From the NCBI RefSeq assembly GCF_963853765.1, contig NC_088854.1:44206001-44270000 (forward strand): a stretch of DNA of 64,000 bases, written 5' to 3'. Both the position numbers and the translations under genes were made by a program. Under the pieces are notes generated by a model. It ran no database searches and was not told the origin of the DNA. It saw only the letters and a program-made list of their open reading frames with translations. Positions 39,005-50,626 of the stretch are shown here, in pieces. This stretch comes from Magallana gigas. Taxonomy: Eukaryota. Position 1 is the stretch's first letter. Each line of letters opens with the position of its first letter.

Positions 39005-41043
39005 TTAATTCAATTTCAAAGCAGGGAGTTGTCTACAGAAATGTGAAAGTCCTGCACTCATGGTGGTGAGATCCTGAGCTGTTACAGCGACTGTAGGACT
39101 GTTAGTGTCGATCATATCAATGATAGACTTCTACAAGAACAGAGCAATCAACAAATAAATGAATAATAATTGTTTTTGGGAGGACGCTGTCTGAGCATGA
39201 TGAAAATCACTAAATATTCATTTGTAACCGGTCGTGAAGATTTGCATATAGCGTTACAGAAATGTTCATGTTTTTAATGCATTCATAGGATTTAGATCTT
39301 AACCATGAAAAGAATGACGCGTGTCGGAAATACCAATATCATATGGATGAAATTGATTTAAGATGATACCTCGATGGCATGGAGTCCTGTTGAGGTATGT
39401 ACACTTGTTTGTTGATCAGCTGTGAGCATGTATAGGTAACAATGACGATTGTTTTTCACGGCCAATGTGTGCTAAAAAATTTAAGAAATGCATCATCTAA
39501 TAAAGTGCATATAAACCGAGTGCTCATTTAGTTTTAATTTCAACTTAATTCGCATCATAAACTTAAAGAAATTTTGAAGATAGAACTGACGGTTAGGATT
39601 TTCTGAAAGGTTCAATCACTTAAGAAACAGGGGCTCGTAACATAAAGGGTACTTAAGTCTAAGACAGTGCTTAAGTAGGACTTATGTACATTCTTAGACT
39701 TAAGTCCGTAACTAGAAGAGTGCTTAGCAAGGACAATTTACCTAAAACTTAGGCAGCCGGTAGAGGTGACTTAAGTATGTCTTAAGTATTGTTTTCAAAC
39801 ATTTAGAAGTTTCATTGTTAATTATTTCAATTCAGCCTTTGAAACAGATTATTAATCACATATTCACACAAAACCAATATATAAATGTTCACCAATATAA
39901 AAGTTTTGATTAAATTGATATAAATTTTAATAGTGGTCCTAAGGAGCTGTATTGATTTCAATATAATATGTATCTGGGCTGCTGAATAGGTTGTAAACAC
40001 GTAATGGTCAGTTCAAAAGAAGTAACTATAATTATGTAAACTCGCAAATCTTGCGAAATTGAAAAAAGGACGTTCGAAGACAGAAAAACCATCAGTGATT
40101 TTAAAGACGATTGCCTCATTTCATTACTGTAACAATGTTTATCCACTTAATGAAAAATCATACTCAGAGTATGTAAATTGCCTTATTGGTGGGGTAAGAC
40201 AAAAGATAAATAAATAAATCCACTAAATTATTCTATCAAAACAAAGAAGTAAGAACAACAGACTGAAAAACATTGCCTAAGATCCATCGCTTTGAGCTTT
40301 TTAAAAATTTTAAGTACGTATGTACATGTATGCATACCATGCAACCTTGAATTTTGTTTCTGTATATTTACATCTACCCAATCTTATATCAAAGATATTA
40401 AGAATAAACAAGATATTAATCTAAGACAATGATTTTATTATCAATGCATTCAAATTCATCAAAAGATAATATGAAAAATTCATTCCTAAATTTTAGCATA
40501 AGCATGACTTAGCTAAGACTTTGCTAAGTTTGTTTTATGTTACGGAATAAGACATACTTAAGTAGGACTTACTAGTATGTAGGTCCTAAGATTCCGCCTA
40601 AGTCCTACTTATGAGCCTACTTAAGTCAAAATCTTAGCATGCTTTATGTTACGAGCCCCAGATCTTTAAATTCAAATTCAATGGATATATACTAAGTCTT
40701 ATTAATAAATACCGTCATGGCATCATAGTGGAACACAAAATATTCATTGATGCTTGGTTCATGAGTAGGTTTTGAATGGTGTCCATGCAGGTGCGTGTGA
40801 TGTGAATGGTGGTGACCATGTTGAGCAGTTGTGGTCATACCAACTGCCTATAGCAAAAACAAAATTGTATAGTACATGCATAACCATGTGAGGTGAAAAT
40901 TTTATTGATAGCGATAAGACACATTGTGAATCCTTTAAGGTTTTTGTATTTTGTAAAGAACCAAAAAAGATAGAGGACATTTTATTAATATCTTCACTTA
41001 CCAGAGACACCGTGCTAATCAGGAAAACAGCCGAGAACAACAT
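39005..41043 (-). CDS. Secreted His-rich BRICHOS-like protein, paralog B4 (134 aa, diverged; MITE in intron 2)
   Basis: complement(join(39005..39130,39370..39471,40713..40847,41002..41043)); PSINEYF vs PSIGESF, AVKNNRHC vs AVRTNRHC, MSAGL vs MSAKL. Confidence 0.88.
39631..40658. mobile_element. 1028-bp PIF/Harbinger-like non-autonomous element in B4 intron 2
   Basis: Perfect TIRs GGGCTCGTAACATAAAG / CTTTATGTTACGAGCCC; 3-bp TSD CAG; empty site AAGAAACAGATCTTT in B1-B3; many subterminal CTTAAGT motifs. Confidence 0.85.
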
Positions 41044-43658
41044 TTTTCGATAGATAAGTCGAATTGAAGGTTCTGTACTTCTGGCAACATCTCTCTGCTT
41101 TTATAGCTTAGGTAAGTATCCTGCCTTATCTCTCTTCTGCCAAGAACCTGTATTTAGAGTATATCGTATTTATTTCTGCTGGTTAATATGGTGAGTACAT
41201 GATCTGAAATTAACGAAACGTGAACTTATATAACTAGGTAAATAGGTCTACCTTTAGCTTCACGTTTCGTCGTAAATATACGTTGATTTTATACACAAAA
41301 TGGACTTTCTATAAATATCGGATGTGATGTATTTGAGAGAGAAAAAGCATTCACTATTAAGTATTATTAAGTATACTATTTCTATACACGGTTGAAGTAA
41401 AATAAGTCATTAAGTTGTTAAACTTTCAGATTAAGGTGGAATAACACACACGAAAAAAAGTCACTCAAAATAATAGTAAATTATTTTTATTTTACCGATA
41501 TTATGATAAATAAACTGAACATATGTCAAATAAGCGGAAAATTTGCAGTTTGGGGATAAAAAAAATTAAGATAAAAAACCTTAAATAATTAAGTAACAAC
41601 TAATGCCCATACGGGGTATTTACATGATTGGTCAGAATGTTAGAAGTTAAGTAAAAAGCGAAATACAGAGGTCCAAATTCACTGCTTTTTAGTCCGAGTC
41701 TTTATTTTGGGTATAAATATTGTACTGTGAAGAAATTGCCATTATATTTTAGCAACTGACTTGTTGCAAACAATTTATACTATAATATCATATCCATTTT
41801 ATAATTATCTACAAACGAAAGCAAGATTTGACAGAAACTAATACCGATACAAACACATGTGAACAATAACAAGACTCGATCGAATTACGTTAACAATACA
41901 AATTTAAAGAGTTCTAAACTCGTGTGTAACTCGATATTTAACATTCAAATCATGGTAAAACATTATAGGTATCTATATAAATCATTCTAAACATTAAAAA
42001 TGAGAAACTAAAATTTTAAAACTGAGCCCAAATCGTGTCTTTGTCTAGAAAGGCGATTGTAATCCATTCCAAAATTGATCTGACCAGGCTGAAATGAACT
42101 GACTTTTCTTCGTATACTGGTTAAAATAATAAGATTCTTAAAACTTTTTAAACTTTTTAAACCTTTTCAATTCATGGCTTTACTTAATTGAATATCAATT
42201 TTAATTTAATTAGCTATAAAAGATTATTTTAACATCATTCACTTATATCTTTTTCACTTTTGGTGTTTACTTTGCGTGGATTATTTCTTATTAAAGTTAC
42301 ATATATATACATGTACATTTAAAGCACAGACTTCGCTGATTTCACGGGTTTACCTCAGGTTTAATTTCTTATAATTGTCCAAAATTGTAATAATGTTGTA
42401 CAGTTTTTGTTTTCAACTTTTGCATCAATTTAAAGGCCACGTTATTGTTGTTTTTTATTGTTGTTTTTATATGTGTATGTATATGAAAAACTTATCTCTG
42501 TCATCTATCTTCAAAAAATGACCATTCGAATTCCCTACAAATCTGTTGTGTTAGTGTTTTATGTAGGTGGCGGGCCAAACGGAGCGTCATCATATCAGTA
42601 GTCAGTTATCCATAGAGGTTGTTCTGATTTGGTCTTTTGATTGTTCTCATTGTGAGTCCTTGTACTTTCTGTCCGTTCAATGTCTTGATCAGTATGAAGG
42701 TTGTCGAGTGCTATATACTACAATTAGGACATGTTTATCTAAATGGGTTCATATGGTCACGTTTGAAATATGTCTCAAACTATGCTGTTATATCAAATCT
42801 GTAACTTTCTTAAATGAAAAAAAAATGAAATAGTTAATGGCCATAATTATTTTTAAAAACTCCAAAAAAAAAAACAAAACTACAAATGATCGATTAGGAT
42901 AAAACTTTTCTTTAAAAAAAGTTCAACAAATACAATGTAGAATAAGGAGCTATATTTTGTGTTGACATGTTAGGCGTTGTAATATTATTTCATTTCATTT
43001 GTATTGTATAAATTTTTTTATGCATTTAAAATTTTTTAATATTTAATGTTTAATTTACCATTGTTTTGTGTAAATTCTATTTCTTTTGAGTATTTTATCA
43101 TTTATAATTGTTGTATTTATTTAATAATCCTTTATTTGTAATAAAAATGTTGGTTTCATTCTTAAATTCTTTTTCATTTAAATTTCGATTGTACACATTT
43201 TGAAAATCAATTTTTGTGAGGGAAATCAATTACAGCCCAACTGTTATTCCATCAAGTAAGCTTTGCTCATTTATTTACTGAAATGTAACTTTTTTGAAGC
43301 TAAAACTTGACAAGTTGAACGTGCACATTTTAAGCTCAGAAAATGTTTAAAGATATCATAAATCTTCGAAAGTTTAATACAATAGAATAAACCTATAATT
43401 CAACATACATAGTTTGTATATTATTCGGACCCTTTCCTTTTTACTTTGTTATTTACATTGTAGACAATATCTAATGAACTATACAGTCTAAAGTGAAAAA
43501 TGATGAACGAGTTTTCTTCTTCAAAACTACGCTTTTTTATCAAAGAAAAACGTGAAGCCATATTGACTATGTTGTACTATTGCCTAATTCCTTAACTTTT
43601 TTTTTTTGGTTTCGTCTGAAACATTGGACATTTTGGGAAGTGCCACACGGTAAATTAG

Positions 43659-44397
43659 TAGGGATGTCAACGAGTACTCGAGTACTCGACTATCGCTCGG
43701 TCACGCCGATCATCGACTAAAATATTCTTAGTCGATTAATCGTTATTAAATGAAGAAGATGAATCAAAAACAATTTTTTTCTTAACGCAGCAATTTTGGA
43801 TTTCGATGGAAAATAAGAGTTTTCTTTTCTCTGCATTTTAGATCATGTTACACTTTGTTCCACCAAACGGGTGTCCCCGGTATATTTTTAAGCGGATAAA
43901 AATTGATCGCTTTTGAATTTGTAAATCAAATTATTGTTTTAAATAGAAGTACTTATGCAAACATGTACTTGAAGAAATCAATTTGTAGATCATTAAATCA
44001 GTTATTTATTGGTCCAGGATTAGATGTTTGTATTAATCAAAAATTTAATCATTTCATCTCATGGCGTTTGTTTAATCATTAACTTTAATTGTTGATTTGC
44101 CAGGGCACGGGACAATGACTTCATACCATGAAACAGGTGACATTTGATTTGCCTAAGATGATATGCAGCTCAATTTTGTGTATATAAGCATCACAAGAAA
44201 AGGGGAAAGCTAAGACATCATCACAAGTTTTTACAAGTTTATGATATAAGATACGATGTATGTGACAGACGACGAGTATAGAATTATTTGATTTGAAAAG
44301 GACGCACAGTTTCAAATAAATCAACGAGTACTCGACTATCGCTCGACTAAAGGCTCCAATTAATCGACTAAGCCAACCGAATAAAATTGACACCCCA
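43659..44397. mobile_element. 739-bp hAT-like MITE, intact copy at the array right end
   Basis: TAGGGATGTCAA ... TTGACACCCCA termini; 8-bp TSD TAAATTAG at 43651-43658 and 44398-44405. Confidence 0.85.
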
Positions 44398-45115
44398 TAA
44401 ATTAGCAAAACAATATGAAACACCTCACCACCACGATCTCAAGTTAGACAAAAAGTGATTTGAAAATGGGCATCGCATACTGCTTTAAAATATATGCACA
44501 GTCAACATATTTTAGTCCGAATATAACCTGTTTAAGTTTCTGTTGGTTAGCATCGTTCCCACCGAATAATCGGTAAATCAGTTTTTCAAACAACTATTTT
44601 TCTATTTGTATTGAATACACATTTTATTCATAACGTAAAACCGTCTGTATTTTCAATTTTTATTTTTTATTTTGATTGAATACTTTCTTCTTTTCATTTG
44701 TAATGTGTTCTGTGGGTTATTTATCTTAAATAAGTATAATAAGATACGACTTTTTCAGTTTTTATCCACTACAGGTTTGTACTTAGACCGCTAGGAATGT
44801 TATCATAACCCCTTTTAATCGTTGCAGTCACGATGTAAGATGTACTCTAATATATAGGTTGGTTTGGTTATCTTGATAGACGGGGTTAAAATGTACATGT
44901 TTTCTTAAAATTTAATGTGAAATTTGGAACATATGTTTCATTTAAAATTTAAATGACGAGGAAACTTTACAAATGGTCTTCAAATTAATTTAAATATGAT
45001 TTCATATTTATCAGGTATGATAAGTAGTAGTAAACAAACTATTCTCTTTCTTTTAAAGGCTGTTTCTAACTTACAGATGATGTCAGATAACTTTTTAATG
45101 GCCCCTGTAATTCAA

Positions 45116-45116
<1 letters not shown>

Positions 45117-45178
<62 letters not shown>
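45117..45178. repeat. (GA)n microsatellite (others at about 46910-46988, 49290-49318; (CT)n about 57715-57753)
   Basis: Direct reading. Confidence 0.95.
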
Positions 45179-45182
<4 letters not shown>

Positions 45183-45852
45183 TATAAGTTTTAAAAAATT
45201 CTTACAAAATACATAAATTTGCTTCCACCCTTAAACCGTTCTTTACTTTACTTTTTGGGAGAATTGATCAGTCTGTCAAAACGTAATTTGTGTTTGATTT
45301 GGTCAAAACCGCTATGATAAGTACAGTATTTTTTTTTTGGTACCTTGTTGTTGTCTGAATTTTATTTTTTTTTCTTTCTGGTTCATAATTCTTTTTATTT
45401 GTTTATTTTTGCATACGTTGTATCTGTGCCCCCGGGTCCCTGTTTGTAGGTCTGTAATTTCGCCTTTTCCAATTTAATGGTTTGACAATATGCAATATCA
45501 ACTGTTTCTTTTTTCTCTTTGTTCTTTTTTATTTAATTCAAAATGACATTTTTTTATCATCCCTACTTATATATTACTAAAACCGATTTGGTTTGACTTT
45601 ACCGATCGCGTCGCGTTCAACTCTTTCAGCTACGTCATACATAAACAATACCCGCACCTTAACCACAATTTTTTTATTGGTGGATTCAGCTTACCGCTGA
45701 TTGGCTGCTGGTTAACTAAGACTAAATTATGCACGGACAGAGCAACAACATATCTGAGAATGAAAAATTCACATGGGTACTCGTGACTGTCGAAATTGGG
45801 CTATTTTTCGAAAGTGTACACTTGTGATAAAACAATACATACATGTACGGTA

Positions 45853-46215
45853 CACTGGCGTCGGAAGCAAATTGAAAGTGGGGGGGGGGGCTAGACTAAT
45901 CCTCAGAAGTATTGAGAAAAAAGTAATTCCCAAATTCATGAAAATCCTAATCCGTGGGGGGGGGGGGGGGGGGGGGGGGAGAGTATACCTATACTTCCAA
46001 AAGAAAAAAAATTTACTTTCCCAAATTTTCTTTTCCAACATTACCAAATTCCTATTCCGTGGGGGGGGGGGGGGGGGGGGGGACTGCGAGAAAAAGTGGG
46101 GGGGCTGGACCCTCTATCATACTATGTTTCTAATGGTTTGGTATAACTTTGAAAAAAAAGTGGGGGGGGCTAAGCCCCCCCTAGCCCCCCCCCCCCCCCG
46201 GTTCCGACGCCTATG
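45853..46215 (+). mobile_element. G-run-rich MITE with 5-bp TSD, copy 1
   Basis: CACTGGCGTCGGAA ... TTCCGACGCCTATG termini; CGGTA duplicated on both sides. Confidence 0.85.
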
Positions 46216-46906
46216 CGGTACATAACATATATAGCTGTAGCTCTATGTATAAATTTTGGGTTAGAAAATATATAGCTACAGTGCATACAATACTTACATG
46301 TACAAAAAAACTTTAAGGCAATTTGCCGCATATAAAAATAACGCTATTTTTGAAAAAAATAATAATTCTTCATTTAGTTTACCCAAACCTTCTCCTATTA
46401 AACAACCTTCTTCCGTACTCGGAAGGCGGATCAAGAACTGTATTTTTTATGTATGAAAACAAACCATTGTTCATGTATGGAGCTGGTGATCGGCGGTTCA
46501 GAGACAGGTAAAATAAAGAAATCTGCAGTAAATTGTTTGTGGATATTTTAGTATATATATATTACACCGAAAGTGATAGGGCAACAGAAGAGAAACGAAT
46601 CGGACACTTGTCTAATGAAGACACACATTTACAAACCCCCTTGCACTCTCCACTTCCGTCTCGTTCTTTCACACCATCGTTCAATTCTTTTATTGACTGT
46701 CGATTGCCGATCGAAAGGTGTAGAAATCGAGGAATTCATATCTTTCACTTTGACTGGCAAGTTAGTAGGTAATACATGTGCATATTACACATTTACGGTA
46801 TTTACATTAATTGAACGCTTAGCACATGCAACTTCTAAATATTATATTTTTTATAACGCCGTACTCTGGACCGTAGCTTGAGTTGAGGCTATGGTTTAAC
46901 GCCCGT

Positions 46907-46993
<87 letters not shown>

Positions 46994-49070
46994 CACAAAA
47001 ATTAAACAATGGGGATAGTCGATTTTGAATGAATAATATTGGGGGAAATGAACTGTTCTGAGAAATCCTTCAGCTCTGGCATTGCATAAGCATTTACTGA
47101 TAACTCCGCCTAACTCAACCACTCATAAAGTTTTCACAACGGTGGCGTGTATAATTTATGCATGACGTAGCTGACAGAAATGATCGTGACGCTATAGGAA
47201 AAGTCAAACCAAATCGGTTTTGATCATATACTGAACATGCATGCAAAATAAGCTTCAAATTGCATCGATATGACAGTAAAGTATGGCTTTTGCTAGTATA
47301 TATTTAATCTCTCTATCAAAACCAAAAAAGAAAAATTAAAAACATCATCTGAGGCAGGTATCACAGTCTATACTTAAAATTGCTAGTACACACATTATCA
47401 CGGGAAATATATCGCGAGAGCACTGTGATGTCATCCATGACCTTTTTTGTTTTTGTTTACGTATCTCGACTCAATACGAAGATATGGAAGTATGTAACAA
47501 ATCTCTTTGGTCTCGCCAAAGCTGGGGCAGTACTCAGAACGTGTCTTCAGACCTCAAGACACCGTAAATTACGATTTAAATGGCGGCTATTTTTGGCTTC
47601 GCACCACGGGTGAAAACATTAGAGAGCATTATGGGACGTAGACAAAATATTGTTTCATGAATCTATAGGTTTAGCTCGTTCTTTTTCCCGCGTACATTGG
47701 TTCTTAGAGCTCGCTTCTCTTGATATAACCCTTTAAAGAGGTTTGTTCCTCTGTTTTGGGTAGCCATTTTGAGTCACCTCTATTCTAGAAATCATCATAT
47801 ATTGATTCTACCTATAAATTCAAATTTTATAATGCCAATTAAACTATCTTAAATAAAATAGTAATGAAAAAAGTACATATTTACAGAGTTTAGTATGGGA
47901 CTATATTTTGTGGCGGAAGGTTTTTAAGAAGAAAATGAACATTTTTCATAACTCAGTTGTTTAAGAGTACCGTCACTTTAGCTTCCTTATTTTCAGTCCA
48001 AACAAAATTTCCAGATAGTTTGTGCATTAGGATATCTTCAATTTGTTACAAAAAACATGATTTTACCATTTTTCAATATTTATATCGACACTTATTGGCA
48101 AATTTAACTTATATTTCATAAAAGTCAAGGAAAAATGAATCCCAATGTTTGCCTAAAATCAGCTTATTTCATGCCATATCTCAAATTTTACATAATAGGC
48201 CCATACGTTTTGTTTATTTTTCTGAAATTTTAAGATTTTTCTGACAAGTTTATCATAATGTGAGAAAAGGTTTGAGACTGTTAAATAGTTTCATTACATG
48301 TTGAATTGCTAATGGATAAAAATAGCGCTTTATCAGTGCAAAAAGGTCAAAATATCAAATAGGTGAAGAAATTGTAACATTTTTCTTTATGATAATTTGA
48401 TTTTTATTTATTTTAAATAGTATAAATTTGTATTTGGTGCCATGGTTCATTTCGATAATAAAATATAGAGGGAAAAGCGATTTATGTGCAATCTGCACTT
48501 TCAGTGCAGAAAATTCATATTAAATAGACCTTAGCGCCAAAATGAGGCATATAGACCCCAAAATTTTGTTTTGAATTTTGGTTAAGCCATGTGTGTAGAT
48601 TAAAAAAAAAACACTTTAGGAAAAAACTTTCAGACTTTGATCGCAGGATCCAACGTCCTTAAGTTTACCGGTGACTTTGTGTAACTAAAGAACCGCGGTT
48701 CGTATAGGCGTTCAATATTTGCTCGATTCAAATTATCACCCCATGATATTCAAAGAATGATTCTTTATTACATGTACTTATATTTATATTATTTTCAATT
48801 TCTACACTTTTGAAAACAACATTTCAAAACCACTATTTTTTCAGGTAGCACATGCCACGTAATTACTACGCGACTCAGCCAATACCATTTTCGGTTATTT
48901 TGCTGTAAGGCACGCCTACTTTGTGTCGCTCATCTTTTATGAAATTATTGGTTGATTGGCTTCAAAATTGATTCTTAATGTTATCACAGACAAAGACAGT
49001 TGAAAATGAATATTCATTGATGATGACAAATTACAAACAGAATGCTGAAATGAAATAACGACGTCTTTAT

Positions 49071-50626
49071 TCAGTTCAATCTCATGGCCGTGAGTTTTCC
49101 ACAGAAATGTGACAGTCCGTGGCTCATGGTGGTGAGGTCTTGTGCCGAGACGGCGGTGGTGGCGCTGTTGGCGTCAATCAGATCGATAACGGTCTTCTGC
49201 AAGTCAGATGTACGGGACTCAGACTACAGCTTACATGCATTTAGAATTCGATACCAATAAGGAAGAATACAGTTACATTTTAAAATGAATAGAGAGAGAG
49301 AGAGAGGGAGAGAGAGGGGACCATGGGACACACACACAAACAACCTAGGCTTGTTTGTTACCTCGATGGAGTGAAGGCCAGTTGATGTGTGTACTGTGGT
49401 TTGTTCATCGGCTGTGAGCATGTACAAGTAGCAGTGTTTGTGCGTTTTCACTGCAAGGGACGTCTGTAATTCATCAAGTACCGACAATTTTATTATTCAT
49501 ATAATTAGAGAGAAGATAAAAATTATAATTAATAATGGTAAAAAGGTTGGGAAAAAGTGCTGTCTTTGCAATATCACATGATGTTAGTTGGTCAGGTACT
49601 CTGGGCTGTTAAAGAACTCTTCCTAAGAAGCAAAGACGTGTTTTAAATTTACTACGTGTACATTCTTACCGAATGAGCATCGTAATGGAAGGAGAAAGCT
49701 TCGTTGATATTTGCCTCGTGCGTGGAGTGATGATGGTGCGGGTGTGACACATGGGAATGGTGATGGTGTGGGGGTGTTGTCATACCCACTGCCTATTAAA
49801 ATAGAAATGTCAGCAAATGCATATCACAGTGTGAAAGTTTGTAACCCTTCCAAGAAGACACATCGACAGTTCTTCAGTTCCTTTTTAGCAATTCTGTGTC
49901 ATGTTTGCATACGAATTCAGTATGAATGCTCAACACAACTTAGGTTAAAAATGATCTTGTGTGAAAACTCCAGTCGTTCTAAGCTTAAATAGAATTATTG
50001 TAGCAAAGTGTTCTTCCATTCCAACAAAAATAGGTAACAGAATAGATTGAACTAAGGAAAATTTATTTGCTGATACTTTTTTGTGTCAAAACACAGTGAT
50101 TCCCTCTAAATATTGAAGGTACACAATAGAGTCCATATTGGGTACACTTCGTTTGTCTTCAAAGTATATAATGCACCGTATTACAAGTGTTAAGATAACA
50201 AATGTTTGGATTTTTCCCATTACATATTGTATGAAGTCTTCAAACTCGAAATGTTCAACCAGGGCTTGAATACATGTAGCTGGATGTATGTAGTCTTTTG
50301 GTTGATATTCTGCCAATAGCCTCAAAATTATGTCGTATTCAAATATTAATTTTTCGGGTTTTTTTTTAAACAGAACTAGCGAATGCATTATGTAATTAAA
50401 CAATAAGAAACGTGTAACTCTAAGCAACACTCAAAAAATGGCAGAGTAATACATGATAACATATTTCATAGAACATTTGTTAAAATTCTAAATGTTATGC
50501 AAGACGTTCTGTAATGTAAACAAATCCTTAGATATTACGAGATCTGATAAACAAGACGGATGTTTGATTTTTGAAAAGTCTTACCACAGAAACAAGACAA
50601 GCAACGAAAACCACTGAAAAGACCAT
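49071..50626 (-). CDS. Secreted His-rich BRICHOS-like protein, distant paralog C (130 aa)
   Basis: complement(join(49071..49196,49362..49463,49670..49792,50585..50626)); MVFSVVFVACLVSV/AVGMTTPPHHHHSHVSHPHHHHSTHEANINEAFSFHYDAHS/TSLAVKTHKHCYLYMLTADEQTTVHTSTGLHSIE/KTVIDLIDANSATTAVSAQDLTTMSHGLSHFCGKLTAMRLN*; same phase-0 intron positions as A and B. Confidence 0.9.

Larger units (their letters stand above)
1808..43904. repeat. Tandem segmental array of four ~10-11 kb units, each with one A and one B gene; junctions at about 12663, 22613 and 32613
   Basis: Same sequences and spurious ORFs recur at offsets of about 10.9, 9.95 and 10.0 kb; the same junction sequence CGGATAAAAAATTTATTAAT occurs three times. 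Confidence 0.95.

Noticed and set aside
1808-43904. Array as a pure assembly artefact
   Set aside because: Copies carry private SNPs, indels and TE insertions with clean TSDs, and four versions exceed two haplotypes; not fully excluded without reads
45769-46225. Gly- or Pro-rich ORFs (also 63396-63692)
   Set aside because: Translations of G-runs inside the MITE
47630-48662. Possible Kolobok-like element ending ...GATCCAACGTCC-TTAA; similar lone end ...CAATTGTGCTTTTAA near 61756
   Set aside because: Could not find a matching opposite TIR, so boundaries are unsupported
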